A DNA stretch of 64,000 bases from Bacilli bacterium (GTDB lineage: Bacteria; Bacillota_I; Bacilli_A; RF39; UBA660): the NCBI GenBank assembly GCA_017887425.1, contig JAGHHZ010000024.1, forward strand, positions 49,534 through 113,533, given 5' to 3'. Of this stretch, positions 37,963-47,853 are shown piece by piece. The position numbers and the translations under genes are program-made. Each line of letters starts with the position of its first letter. Positions within the stretch are counted from its first letter, which is position 1. The notes under the pieces are model-generated. The model had not been told where the DNA came from. It was given only the letters and a program-made list of their open reading frames with translations, and did not search any database.

Positions 37963-40107
37963 ATGAAAGTAACAAAAATCAGTAATTTTGAACAACTTTA
38001 TAAAAAATTACAAAAATATATTAAAAATACTGAAGAATTAGAAGAAATAAAAAAAGCTTATTTATTTGCTAATGAAAAGCATAAAGGACAAAAGAGAATA
38101 AGCGGTGAAAACTATATTATCCATCCTTTGAATGTTGCTTATATTTTAAGTGATATTCATGCGGATAGTAAAACTATTGAAGCGGCATTATTACATGATA
38201 CAATCGAAGATTGCGATGTAACTAAAGAAGAATTAGAGGAAAAATTCGGACAAGAAGTAGCTAAACTAGTTGAAAGTATTACTAAAATTAACAAATTAAA
38301 TTTTAGTGGTGATACTGATGCGATGATAGCAAATCAAAGAAAAATACTAGTTGGGTTAACGGAAGATGTAAGAGTTATTATTTTAAAACTGGCTGATCGA
38401 TTACATAATATGCGAACTCTATGGGCATTATCTGAAAAAAGACAAAAAGCTAATGCTAAAGAAACTTTAGATATATTTACTCCAATTGCTCATCGATTAG
38501 GTATTAATAGCATTAAATCAGAATTAGAAGATTTATCTTTAAGATATCTAAAACCTGATGTATATTATCAAATTGTCGAAAAATTAAATAAAACAAAAGT
38601 CGAAAGAGATAATTATATTGTGGAAATGATGGAAAGTGTTTCAAAAATATTGAATGATCACGGTGTTAAACATGAGATAAAAGGAAGAAGTAAAAGTATC
38701 TACAGCATTTATAAAAAACTAGATAAAGGAAAATCATTTAATGAAATATATGATTTATTAGCTTTAAGAGTTTTTGTTGATACGGAAGCTGAATGCTATC
38801 AAGCACTAGGTTTAATTCATTCAAAATTTAGACCAATTCCTAAAAGATTTAAAGATTATATTGCCATGCCTAAAACTAATATGTATCAATCTTTACATAC
38901 AACAGTATTTGGTATCGATGGTCAATTATTTGAAATCCAAATAAGGACTTATGAAATGGATAAAGTAGCTGAAAATGGTATTGCATCTCACTGGTCTTAT
39001 AAAGAAGGAAAATCTAATATGCAAAGTGAGATGGAACAAAAACTCCAATTCTTTAGAGTTATTATGGAATTAAAAAATGAAGAAAGTGAAGATCAATTTG
39101 TCGATTCTGTTAAAGAAGATGTTTTAAAAGATACCATTTATGTCTTCACACCAATGGGCGATGTTATTGAATTACCTAATGGCTCAACACCAATTGATTT
39201 TGCTTATCGCGTTCACTCTAAAGTAGGGGACACAACGGTCGGAGCAATCGTCAATAACAACATTGTTCCATTAGATTATAAATTGCAAGATAACGATATT
39301 GTTAAAATAAATACTAATAAAAGTTCCACACCTAGTAAAGAATGGTTAAATATTGTTAAAACAGCTCAAGCAAAAAATAAAATTAAAGCATTCTTCAATA
39401 AGACAATTAAAGAAGATAATCATAATAAAGGTGAAGATCTATTAAATAAAGAATTAAGAAAAAGAAAAATATCTAATGCGACATTTAATGAAAATATTGA
39501 TAAAATTTTAGAAGAATTAAAATGTGCGGATATTAATGAATTGTATATTAATATTGGCAACAATAAATATAGTCCAGCGCAAGTCGTTAATATTATAACT
39601 GATGATAATATTACTAAAGAAGAAATAATATTAAATAAAACCAAAGATAAAGAAGTTGTTTTGCCAAATGTTAAAAATGACATTATCGTAAGAGGAATCG
39701 ATGATATTAAAGTTAATATAGCTTCATGTTGTAAACCGATTCATGGTGATCGAATTGTAGGTTATATCACTAAGGGTTATGGTATTACTGTTCATAGAAT
39801 GGTATGTCCAAATGTTAGCGAATTAAATGAAAGATTAATTGAAGTTGAATGGAATGATTTAATTACTAAAAAATATCCAACTAGTTTATTAATTAAATCT
39901 TTAGATAATAAAAATATTTTAATGGAAGTTGTTGCTAAAACATCAAATAGCGATATTACCATTGAAAGTATTAAATCATTATCTAGTGGCAATGATTATA
40001 TTTATCAAATTACTGTGTTAGTTGAAAGTAAAGAAAAATTAACTAAATATATAAATGATTTAAGAATGATTCCTAATATTTTAAGTGTTGAAAGGTTGAT
40101 AAAATGA
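37963..40107 (+). CDS. relA: Bifunctional (p)ppGpp synthetase/hydrolase Rel
   Basis: HD hydrolase domain (HPLNVA, HDTIEDCD). Synthetase domain (RSKSIYSIYKK, DLLALRVF, YQSLHTTV). TGS and ACT domains. 714 aa. Confidence 0.93.
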   Translation: MKVTKISNFEQLYKKLQKYIKNTEELEEIKKAYLFANEKHKGQKRISGENYIIHPLNVAYILSDIHADSKTIEAALLHDTIEDCDVTKEELEEKFGQEVAKLVESITKINKLNFSGDTDAMIANQRKILVGLTEDVRVIILKLADRLHNMRTLWALSEKRQKANAKETLDIFTPIAHRLGINSIKSELEDLSLRYLKPDVYYQIVEKLNKTKVERDNYIVEMMESVSKILNDHGVKHEIKGRSKSIYSIYKKLDKGKSFNEIYDLLALRVFVDTEAECYQALGLIHSKFRPIPKRFKDYIAMPKTNMYQSLHTTVFGIDGQLFEIQIRTYEMDKVAENGIASHWSYKEGKSNMQSEMEQKLQFFRVIMELKNEESEDQFVDSVKEDVLKDTIYVFTPMGDVIELPNGSTPIDFAYRVHSKVGDTTVGAIVNNNIVPLDYKLQDNDIVKINTNKSSTPSKEWLNIVKTAQAKNKIKAFFNKTIKEDNHNKGEDLLNKELRKRKISNATFNENIDKILEELKCADINELYINIGNNKYSPAQVVNIITDDNITKEEIILNKTKDKEVVLPNVKNDIIVRGIDDIKVNIASCCKPIHGDRIVGYITKGYGITVHRMVCPNVSELNERLIEVEWNDLITKKYPTSLLIKSLDNKNILMEVVAKTSNSDITIESIKSLSSGNDYIYQITVLVESKEKLTKYINDLRMIPNILSVERLIK

Positions 40108-40541
40108 GACTTGTAGTTCAAAGAAGTAAAGAATCAAGTGTTACTGTTGATAAAAAGATAGTTGGTAAAATAAACTTTGGGTTAGTAGTTTTAGTGGGAT
40201 TTACCCATACTGATACTTTAGATGATATAAAACATTTAGCAAAAAAATTAGTCAATCTGCGTATTTTCGATGATGAAAATAAAGTTATGAATAAATCATT
40301 ATTAGATGTAAACGGAAGCATTTTATCAATATCACAATTTACTTTATATGCCGATACTAAAAAAGGAAATCGACCAAGTTATGTTAATTCAATGAAAGCT
40401 AGTGATGCAAGTCATCTATATGATTTGTTTAACGAAGAATTAAAGAAATACAATGTTGAAGTTCAAACTGGTATTTTTCAAGCTGATATGTTAGTTAATA
40501 TAAATAATGATGGTCCAGTAACTATTATTTTAGAAAGTTAA
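40104..40541 (+). CDS. dtd: D-aminoacyl-tRNA deacylase
   Basis: MRLVVQRS N-terminus and the SQFTLYADTKKGNRPS motif. Syntenic after relA. Confidence 0.9.
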   Translation: MRLVVQRSKESSVTVDKKIVGKINFGLVVLVGFTHTDTLDDIKHLAKKLVNLRIFDDENKVMNKSLLDVNGSILSISQFTLYADTKKGNRPSYVNSMKASDASHLYDLFNEELKKYNVEVQTGIFQADMLVNINNDGPVTIILES

Positions 40542-40569
40542 AATTTATCATGGTTTAGGGGAGGATTAT

Positions 40570-41628
40570 ATGATAAAAAATAAATTAGATTTTAAATTAA
40601 TCAACATTGCTTTAATTGCTATAATATGTTTCTTCATTTATCAATCAGGAGATTTGTGGTTAGGTATTTTAGATAAAATATTAAAAATTGTATTACCACT
40701 TTTAGCCGGATTTGCGATTGCTTATGCTTTATATCCGATTTTAGAAACTTTAGTTAAACACAAGGTTCCTAAAGGATTAGGCGTAGGAATTATAATCATT
40801 ACTTTAATTGCTATTATTGTTACCTTATTAGTTTTATTAGTACCATTATTATCTAATCAAATATTAAGCTTGATTGATTCGTTAATTATATTTATTAGGG
40901 AAGTATCAGCTAATTTTAATATCGATTTTGGTAATTTCGGTGATACATTAATGAATACTTTTAATGAAATAATTACTAATGTTGGTAAATTTGTCTCAGA
41001 TGGTGCGGTTAAAACAATAAATACATCAATTAGTGTTGTAACTAATATCTTTATCGCTTTAGCTTCTAGTGTCTACTTTTTGTTAGATATGGATAAAATA
41101 AGAAGAAGTATTAAATCTTATTTATCGGCAAAATCTAAAAAGTTATATGAGTATGTTGCTACTTTAGATGCTGAAATAAAAAATTACATCAAAGGATTCT
41201 TGATTTTAGTATGTATTAGTTTCTTCGAATATACTTTAATTTATTATATAATCGGTCATCCCAATGCATTGTTATTAGGCTTCTTATCGGGATTAGGAAA
41301 CTTTATTCCTTATTTTGGTGGCTTACTTGTTCAAGTAGTTGGAGTTATAACCGGATTCACAATCAGTCCAGCTTTAGGCTTAACTGTTATTATTGTAACT
41401 CTTATTACTTCGTTGATTGATTCTTATGTTTTAAATCCATTAGTATATGGTAAGAGTAATCAAGTCCATCCAATCGTTGTAATTGCAGCGGTATTCGGTG
41501 GGGGAATATTATTTGGTTTTGTCGGAATTATTATTGCTTTACCACTTTCAATTTTAATTATTACCAGTTATAAATTTTATGAAACAAATAGGAAGGTGAT
41601 TGAACTTGCTAAAAGAGATTCAAAATAG
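40570..41628 (+). CDS. AI-2E family transporter (second paralog)
   Basis: Polytopic membrane protein with the UPF0118 C-terminal region (GLGNFIPYFGG, LNPLVYGK). Confidence 0.7.
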   Translation: MIKNKLDFKLINIALIAIICFFIYQSGDLWLGILDKILKIVLPLLAGFAIAYALYPILETLVKHKVPKGLGVGIIIITLIAIIVTLLVLLVPLLSNQILSLIDSLIIFIREVSANFNIDFGNFGDTLMNTFNEIITNVGKFVSDGAVKTINTSISVVTNIFIALASSVYFLLDMDKIRRSIKSYLSAKSKKLYEYVATLDAEIKNYIKGFLILVCISFFEYTLIYYIIGHPNALLLGFLSGLGNFIPYFGGLLVQVVGVITGFTISPALGLTVIIVTLITSLIDSYVLNPLVYGKSNQVHPIVVIAAVFGGGILFGFVGIIIALPLSILIITSYKFYETNRKVIELAKRDSK

Positions 41629-42103
41629 AAGAAGTGTTAGAAATTATTTAACTGATGAAATAAGTAAAGATACTGTTTTAGATATTTTACAAGCTGGTAT
41701 TATGGCACCATCTGCTAAAAACAATCAACCATGGAGATTTGTTATTGTCTCTACTGATATTAAAAACAAAATAAGCGATAAAATGGTGGAATTAGTTGGA
41801 CCTAATAAAACCGCTGAAGTTATTAAAACTGTACCTTATTTAATTCTAGTTTATAACAAAGATAATGAGTATTTTAACCATTTATCAATTGGAGCTGCCA
41901 TTGAAAATATTTTGTTAGAAGCAACAAATCGAGGATTAGGTACTTTATGGATTGGATATATTAAAAAAATCGAAGATTATGTTAAAGAATTAGTGAATAT
42001 CGATTATGAATTAGTATCAGCTATTGCTATTGGTGTTAAAAATGAAGACCCAGTAGCTAGACCAAGATTAAAATTAGAAGATGTTTTGATTGAAACGAGT
42101 TAA
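41600..42103 (+). CDS. Nitroreductase-family protein
   Basis: N-terminal RRSVRNY motif and PSAKNNQPWRFVIV. The true start is probably the TTG at 41606. Confidence 0.75.
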   Translation: MNLLKEIQNRRSVRNYLTDEISKDTVLDILQAGIMAPSAKNNQPWRFVIVSTDIKNKISDKMVELVGPNKTAEVIKTVPYLILVYNKDNEYFNHLSIGAAIENILLEATNRGLGTLWIGYIKKIEDYVKELVNIDYELVSAIAIGVKNEDPVARPRLKLEDVLIETS

Positions 42104-42156
42104 AGCATCTTTTTTCTTATCTTGAAAATAATACTATATTTTGATATAATTTATTT

Positions 42157-42792
42157 ATGAAATATGTAATTGATGGTATTGAATATGAAGTTATATTAGT
42201 TAAAAAGAACAATAAAAATACCTATATTAGAGTTAAAGAAGACGGTAAAATATATATAACAACTAATTATTTAGTTAGTAAAAACTATATAAAACAATTA
42301 TTAGATAATAATTACCAAGCAATAAAAAAGATGATTGAAAGAAACAACATTAAACAAGAAAAAAACAAATCATTTTATTTTTTAGGGAAAAAATATGATA
42401 TTATTATTGTTCCAACTTTTGAAATTGATATAACAGAAGATAAAATATTTGTAAAAAGCGAAGATTATTTAAATAAATGGTTAAAAAAACAAATTGAAAA
42501 AATATATAAAGAAAGGTTAGATTATATTTATAATTTATATCAAGAAAAAATACCTTATCCTAAATTAAGAATTAGAAAAATGTCGACTAGATGGGGTGTT
42601 TGTAATCGTAGTAATAATGTTGTAACATTAAATAGTGAATTAATAAAATATGGTATTAAACAAATTGATTATGTTATTGTTCATGAATTATCCCATTTTA
42701 TTTATTTTGATCATTCTAAAAATTTTTGGCTACAAGTTAGTAAGTATTGTAAAGATTATAAAGAAATAAGAAAAACTTTAAAAGAAGGTTAG
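42157..42792 (+). CDS. YgjP-like (DUF45/WLM) zinc metallopeptidase-like protein
   Basis: C-terminal HELSH (HExxH) embedded in VIVHELSHFIYFDHSKNFW, typical of the M48/YgjP-like family. Confidence 0.6.
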   Translation: MKYVIDGIEYEVILVKKNNKNTYIRVKEDGKIYITTNYLVSKNYIKQLLDNNYQAIKKMIERNNIKQEKNKSFYFLGKKYDIIIVPTFEIDITEDKIFVKSEDYLNKWLKKQIEKIYKERLDYIYNLYQEKIPYPKLRIRKMSTRWGVCNRSNNVVTLNSELIKYGIKQIDYVIVHELSHFIYFDHSKNFWLQVSKYCKDYKEIRKTLKEG

Positions 42793-42794
42793 AT

Positions 42795-43196
42795 ATGAAA
42801 AAAATATTACTAGTTTTATGTATTTTGTTAGTTGGATGTAGTAAACCAACTATTTATGATACATATGTAAAAAATTTAAAAGAAAATAATAATATTTCTG
42901 CTGATATTCCTTTTGATATTGAATTTTATATTGATAATGTTAATGAAAATAGAATAATTTATCAAGTTATCATTGATAATCCACAAATAGAAACAGACAA
43001 TGTAACGGCATTAGTTATTCATGACGGTAAAACTAATGATATTTTTCCAAGTGTTGGAATAGTTGATGAACCGATCGACTTGAATATTGATAAAGGAATT
43101 ATTTTGTTAGGATATATTGATCAAACTAGTGATATTAATTTTAAAGTTTTGATTGAAACAAATAATCAGCAATATATATATGAATACAAATATTGA
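42795..43196 (+). CDS. Lipoprotein (133 aa)
   Basis: Lipobox LLVGC at the N-terminus. Confidence 0.5.
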   Translation: MKKILLVLCILLVGCSKPTIYDTYVKNLKENNNISADIPFDIEFYIDNVNENRIIYQVIIDNPQIETDNVTALVIHDGKTNDIFPSVGIVDEPIDLNIDKGIILLGYIDQTSDINFKVLIETNNQQYIYEYKY

Positions 43197-43241
43197 CAAA
43201 AAATTTAATTATTCGCTTTTATAATAATAATGGTGATAATT

Positions 43242-43412
43242 ATGAAAGTAAAGGTATTTGATGAAGGTCATGAAAAAGATCTAGAAGATAGTGTTAATAA
43301 ATTTATCGAAGAACGTGACGATATAATTGATATTAAATATCAAGTTGCAATTAGTATTGTTGGCGAAGAACAATTATATTGTTTTTCGGCAATGATTATT
43401 TATGGGAAGTGA
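43242..43412 (+). CDS. Cse60-like small protein (56 aa)
   Basis: Pattern KVKVFDEGHEKDLED....DIKYQVA....EQLYCFSAMIIY recalled from the sporulation-controlled YteV/Cse60 family. Assignment from memory. Confidence 0.35.
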   Translation: MKVKVFDEGHEKDLEDSVNKFIEERDDIIDIKYQVAISIVGEEQLYCFSAMIIYGK

Positions 43413-43417
43413 TTAGT

Positions 43418-45064
43418 ATGAAAAAAAACACCTTTGTTGAAGGTGCGATGATATCGACGATTGGTATTGTATTATGTAAAATACTAGGAATAATTTATGT
43501 TATTCCTTTTCGTGCTATTATTGGAACTGAAGGAGCTATTTTATATAGTTATGCTTATACTATTTATGCTGTTTTTGCGTCATTATCTTCAACGGGAATA
43601 CCTACTGCTATGGCCAAAGCAGTTAGCGAATATAATACATTAGGATATTATGATGCACAAGAACGAGCCTATAAAATAGGAAAATATATTATCGTCGGAT
43701 TAGGAATTATTTGCTTTGTTGTTCTTTTTGCTTTTGCGCCTAATATCGCTTATTTAATTATTGGCGATATTGAAGGTGGCAATAGCATTGAAGACATTAC
43801 TTTTGTTATTAGAGTGATATCAACAGCATTACTTTTTATTCCGATTTTAAGTGTTAGTAAGGGATATGTTCAAGGACATAGGATGATGACGGTTCCAGCA
43901 ATTGCTAATGTAATTGAACAATTAGTTAGAGTTATTGTTATTGTTGGAGGAAGTTATTTAACATTAAATGTTTTTCATTTATCAATTACTACAACTGTAG
44001 GTGTTGCAACTTTTGGAGCAACAGCTGGAGCAATAGCGGCTTATTTGTATATAATTGCTAAAATAAATAAAAATAGAGAAGCTTTGATGCGAAATGAAAA
44101 ACCAACTAAAGCAGAATCTAAATTAACTAACAAAGTAATACTTAAAAGAATCGTTATTTATTCTTTACCATTTATTCTAATTGAATTTATTCGTTCTATT
44201 TATAATACAGTTGATATTTTTACTGTTGTTAAAGGATTAGTTTTTTTAGGGTATGATGTTAGTATTGCTGAAAATATTTTAAGTATTGTAACAACTTGGG
44301 GATCAAAGTTAAATATGATTATTTTAGCTATTACTTTTGGCATTACTATGAGTATAATTCCTAATATTGTTAGTAGTGCTACTTTAAAAAATTACAAAGA
44401 TGTTTCATTAAAAATAAATCAAGCTTTAAAAATAATTTTATTTATCTCCTTACCGATGACTTTAGGATTATGGTTTTTATCAAGTAGTGTTTGGACTTTG
44501 TTTTATGGCTATGATGCTTTAAGCGTCGATATATTTAGTTTCTTTATTCTTCAGTCGATTATTAATTCTTTCTTCTATATTTTAGTTGATACAACTAATG
44601 CTTTAGATAATCCCAAAGTTGCTTTAGGAACTTTATTAGGTAGTTTTATCTTGAAAGCAATTTTAAATGTTCCAATGATGCATTTGTTTAAATTTATAGG
44701 CATAGAAGCTTATTATGGTACTATTTTTACAACTATGTTAGTTCAAGGAGTATCAGTAATTTATCTATTATATAAATTGAAAAAATTGTATAAGGTAAGT
44801 TATCGAACAAGTATAAATCCAGCTATTAAAATTATTTTAATTAATGGTATTATGATTTTAAGTCTAATGATTATAAGATTATTCTTAGGAGAATTTGAAA
44901 CAACTAGACTATGGGCATTATTAGAAATAATTATTTATGCAAGTATTGGCGTTATTATATATTTTGTTTTATCTCTTAAAAATAATATATTTAATGAAGT
45001 ATTTGGTAAAGAATTTGTAAACAATATAACTTTAAAATTAAAAAAAGTTTTTTCTCATAGTTAA
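43418..45064 (+). CDS. Polysaccharide biosynthesis protein, SpoVB/YtgP-like putative lipid II flippase
   Basis: About 14 TM helices. The N-terminal FVEGAMISTIGIVLCKILGIIYVIPF segment is characteristic of the SpoVB/YtgP branch of the MOP superfamily. Confidence 0.65.
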   Translation: MKKNTFVEGAMISTIGIVLCKILGIIYVIPFRAIIGTEGAILYSYAYTIYAVFASLSSTGIPTAMAKAVSEYNTLGYYDAQERAYKIGKYIIVGLGIICFVVLFAFAPNIAYLIIGDIEGGNSIEDITFVIRVISTALLFIPILSVSKGYVQGHRMMTVPAIANVIEQLVRVIVIVGGSYLTLNVFHLSITTTVGVATFGATAGAIAAYLYIIAKINKNREALMRNEKPTKAESKLTNKVILKRIVIYSLPFILIEFIRSIYNTVDIFTVVKGLVFLGYDVSIAENILSIVTTWGSKLNMIILAITFGITMSIIPNIVSSATLKNYKDVSLKINQALKIILFISLPMTLGLWFLSSSVWTLFYGYDALSVDIFSFFILQSIINSFFYILVDTTNALDNPKVALGTLLGSFILKAILNVPMMHLFKFIGIEAYYGTIFTTMLVQGVSVIYLLYKLKKLYKVSYRTSINPAIKIILINGIMILSLMIIRLFLGEFETTRLWALLEIIIYASIGVIIYFVLSLKNNIFNEVFGKEFVNNITLKLKKVFSHS

Positions 45065-45115
45065 TGTGATATAATTATATTAAAGTAGTGGGAGTCAAAG
45101 AAGGAGTGTGTTTTA

Positions 45116-46396
45116 ATGAAAAAACTACTATTATTATGCGGTGTTGCTTTAATTTTATCAGGTTGTGCTATTAAAGGAGATTTTAAACTAGGAATCAATA
45201 GTGATAAAAATGTAGACTTTGGTATAACTCTTGCTTATGATGATGAATTGATCGAAGCATTAATGTCAATGGGATCAACAGATGAAACTTCTGAAGTAAC
45301 TGAGTATACTGATGAACAGAAATGGGAATTTGTTGATACTTTATTCGTTAGTGAAGACGGTTCATCACCAGAATCTTTAGGATTTACTGGCGAAAGATAT
45401 CAAGAAGAAGACTATAAAGGGTATACTTATACTAAAAATGTCGGTGATATCGATAGTATTACAGCCGACGATGCTAGTTTTAACTTAACAAGTGATTACT
45501 TAGAAATTTCTGAATCTAAATTATTTGCTAAGAATGGTGATAATTATGTATCTAAAATAACTTTCACACCAGCTGAAGAAACTGAAGGATACCAAATTGA
45601 AAGCAATATTACATTTACTGTTACATTACCTAATAAACCAATTAGTCATAACGCAGATAGTGTATCAGAAGATGGTAAAACTTTAACTTGGGAATTGACT
45701 ACTAATTCACAAGAAACAATTGATTTTGAATTTAATTTTTCAAGTTTCCCATTAATTCCTGTAATTATAGGTGCTGCTGCTTTATTAATAATAATTATTG
45801 TTGTTATAGTTATTGTTGCCAAAAGTAAAAAAGGACCTAAAAATCCTGAATCTCAAATTAATGAGGTAAAAACAGAAACTGTTTCAACACCAGCCAATGT
45901 AGAACCAACAAATCCAGTAACAACACCTGTAGAAAACAATCAAGCAATGAGTGAAATTAATGAAGTAAAACCAATGGATTTAAATCAAGAACCAAAACAA
46001 GAAGTAAATGTTCAACCTTTAGAAAAACCAGTTCAACCAGTGAATCCAGTACAAAATGTTACTGAAGTGAAGCCTGTTAGTCCAACAGGAGGATTAAATC
46101 AAGTTAATCCAACTGTACAAGCAATTAAAGAAGAACCAGTTTCACAACCAATAAACATGAATAATATACCTAATGTAGCTCAAGCTAATGTTAGTAATCC
46201 ACAACCAGTTAGTCCGCAAGTTAAACCAGAACCAACTGTACAAACTAATAGTAATTTAGAAAGCGCAACTATTCAAAATCCAAAAGTACCAGATCAAAGC
46301 TTTTTGAATTCATCTAGTAATGCTGAACCAGTAGAAAAATCTACTGCTCCAACAGTCGAAGATTTATTAAATTCAACACCAAAAAGAGACAACTAA
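45116..46396 (+). CDS. Lipoprotein with an internal TM helix and a Pro/Gln/Val-rich low-complexity C-terminal tail
   Basis: Lipobox ILSGC. Hydrophobic helix IPVIIGAAALLIIIIVVIVIVA around residue 215. Then about 190 aa of repetitive P/Q/N/V-rich sequence (PVQPVNPVQNV...). Confidence 0.5.
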   Translation: MKKLLLLCGVALILSGCAIKGDFKLGINSDKNVDFGITLAYDDELIEALMSMGSTDETSEVTEYTDEQKWEFVDTLFVSEDGSSPESLGFTGERYQEEDYKGYTYTKNVGDIDSITADDASFNLTSDYLEISESKLFAKNGDNYVSKITFTPAEETEGYQIESNITFTVTLPNKPISHNADSVSEDGKTLTWELTTNSQETIDFEFNFSSFPLIPVIIGAAALLIIIIVVIVIVAKSKKGPKNPESQINEVKTETVSTPANVEPTNPVTTPVENNQAMSEINEVKPMDLNQEPKQEVNVQPLEKPVQPVNPVQNVTEVKPVSPTGGLNQVNPTVQAIKEEPVSQPINMNNIPNVAQANVSNPQPVSPQVKPEPTVQTNSNLESATIQNPKVPDQSFLNSSSNAEPVEKSTAPTVEDLLNSTPKRDN

Positions 46397-46436
46397 TTGT
46401 TTCTTTTTCTATGGTATAATTAAAGTGGTGATATAA

Positions 46437-47408
46437 ATGAATTTAAAAAACATACCTAAAGTTGAACTTCATCTACATTTAGATGGTTCAGTAAGATTAG
46501 ATACAGCTAGTATGTTGACAGGAAAAAGCATTGAAGAAGTTAGAAGTTTAATGATAGCCAAAGAAAAATGTCATGATTTAAATGAATATTTAACTAAATT
46601 TAATTTAGCTAACGAAATAATGCAATCACAAGAAAATCTGACTAGAATAGCAAAAGAACTAGTGGAAGATTTAAAAAATGATAATGTTATTTATGCCGAA
46701 GTTAGATTTGCACCTTTGCTTCATACAAAAAAGGGGTTAACTGGTGAAGAAGTAATTGAAGCAGTTTTATTAGGCTTAAAAGATGAAGATTTAAAAGTCA
46801 ATTTGATTTTATGCATGATGCGTCAATTCAGTTTTGAAGATAATTTAAAAACAATCGAATTGGCTATTAAATATTTAGATAAAGGTGTAGTTGCTATTGA
46901 TTTAGCTGGTGCTGAAGCTTTATATCCAACCGCTAATTTTGAAAGACTATTTCAAATTGCTAAAGATAATAACATTTCTTTTACCATTCATGCTGGTGAA
47001 GCTGATGGGAAAGATAGTATTTTATCAGCAATAAATTTTAAAACTAAAAGAATTGGTCATGGTGTAAGATGTATAGAAGACAAAGAAACTTTAGATATGA
47101 TTAACAAAAATAATATAACATTAGAAGTTTGCCCAACTAGCAATATTCAGACTGATATATTTGAAAACTATCATGATCATCCAATTAGAAAATTATATGA
47201 TATGAATATATTAGTAACTATCAATGTGGATAATATGACTGTATCAAATATTGATTTAACTCAAGAATATGAAAAATTAGTTAAGAACTTTAATTTTACT
47301 TTAAAAGATTTTAAGAAAATGAATATAAATGCTATTAATGCGTCATTTTTAAAAGAAGAATTAAAAGAAAAGTATCGCGAAATTATCAATTTAAAAACAA
47401 ATGAATAA
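46437..47408 (+). CDS. add: Adenosine deaminase
   Basis: Metal-binding ELHLHLDGS N-terminal motif, plus HAGE and the (beta/alpha)8 amidohydrolase pattern. Confidence 0.85.
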   Translation: MNLKNIPKVELHLHLDGSVRLDTASMLTGKSIEEVRSLMIAKEKCHDLNEYLTKFNLANEIMQSQENLTRIAKELVEDLKNDNVIYAEVRFAPLLHTKKGLTGEEVIEAVLLGLKDEDLKVNLILCMMRQFSFEDNLKTIELAIKYLDKGVVAIDLAGAEALYPTANFERLFQIAKDNNISFTIHAGEADGKDSILSAINFKTKRIGHGVRCIEDKETLDMINKNNITLEVCPTSNIQTDIFENYHDHPIRKLYDMNILVTINVDNMTVSNIDLTQEYEKLVKNFNFTLKDFKKMNINAINASFLKEELKEKYREIINLKTNE

Positions 47409-47437
47409 TATTTCTTCTTTAGAAAGGGTTGATAGAT

Positions 47438-47806
47438 ATGAAAAAAATATTTCTTTTATTAATATATATTACTATTTTTGCTGGTTGTGATAAACCAATA
47501 TATGAACAAATTACTGCTGATGAAGCTCATGAAATGATAAGTAAAAAAGATGTCATTATTTTAGATGTTCGCGAAGATAACGAATTTAATCAAGGTCATT
47601 TAGAAAATGCTATCAATATTCCTTTTGATGAATTAGAAGATAGATTTATGAAAGAAGTAACTAGTGACAAAGACCAGATAATTATTCTTTATTGTCGTTC
47701 AGGTCATCGAGCGATGATCGGAGCTGAAACTTTAGCTAGCTTAGGATTTACTAATCTTTATACCTTTGGTAGTATTGATGATTGGGAATATGAGATAGTT
47801 AAATAA
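47438..47806 (+). CDS. Rhodanese-domain lipoprotein
   Basis: Lipobox FAGC. Active-site loop YCRSGHRAM (CX5R rhodanese cysteine). Confidence 0.7.
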   Translation: MKKIFLLLIYITIFAGCDKPIYEQITADEAHEMISKKDVIILDVREDNEFNQGHLENAINIPFDELEDRFMKEVTSDKDQIIILYCRSGHRAMIGAETLASLGFTNLYTFGSIDDWEYEIVK

Positions 47807-47853
47807 AAAATAATATCAACAAATAAAAAACATATACTTTATTGGGTGAGTAT

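Noticed and set aside
39420-40321. Three small antisense ORFs inside relA and dtd (39420..39683, 39792..39992, 40118..40321)
   Set aside because: Fully contained in the relA/dtd coding regions on the opposite strand.
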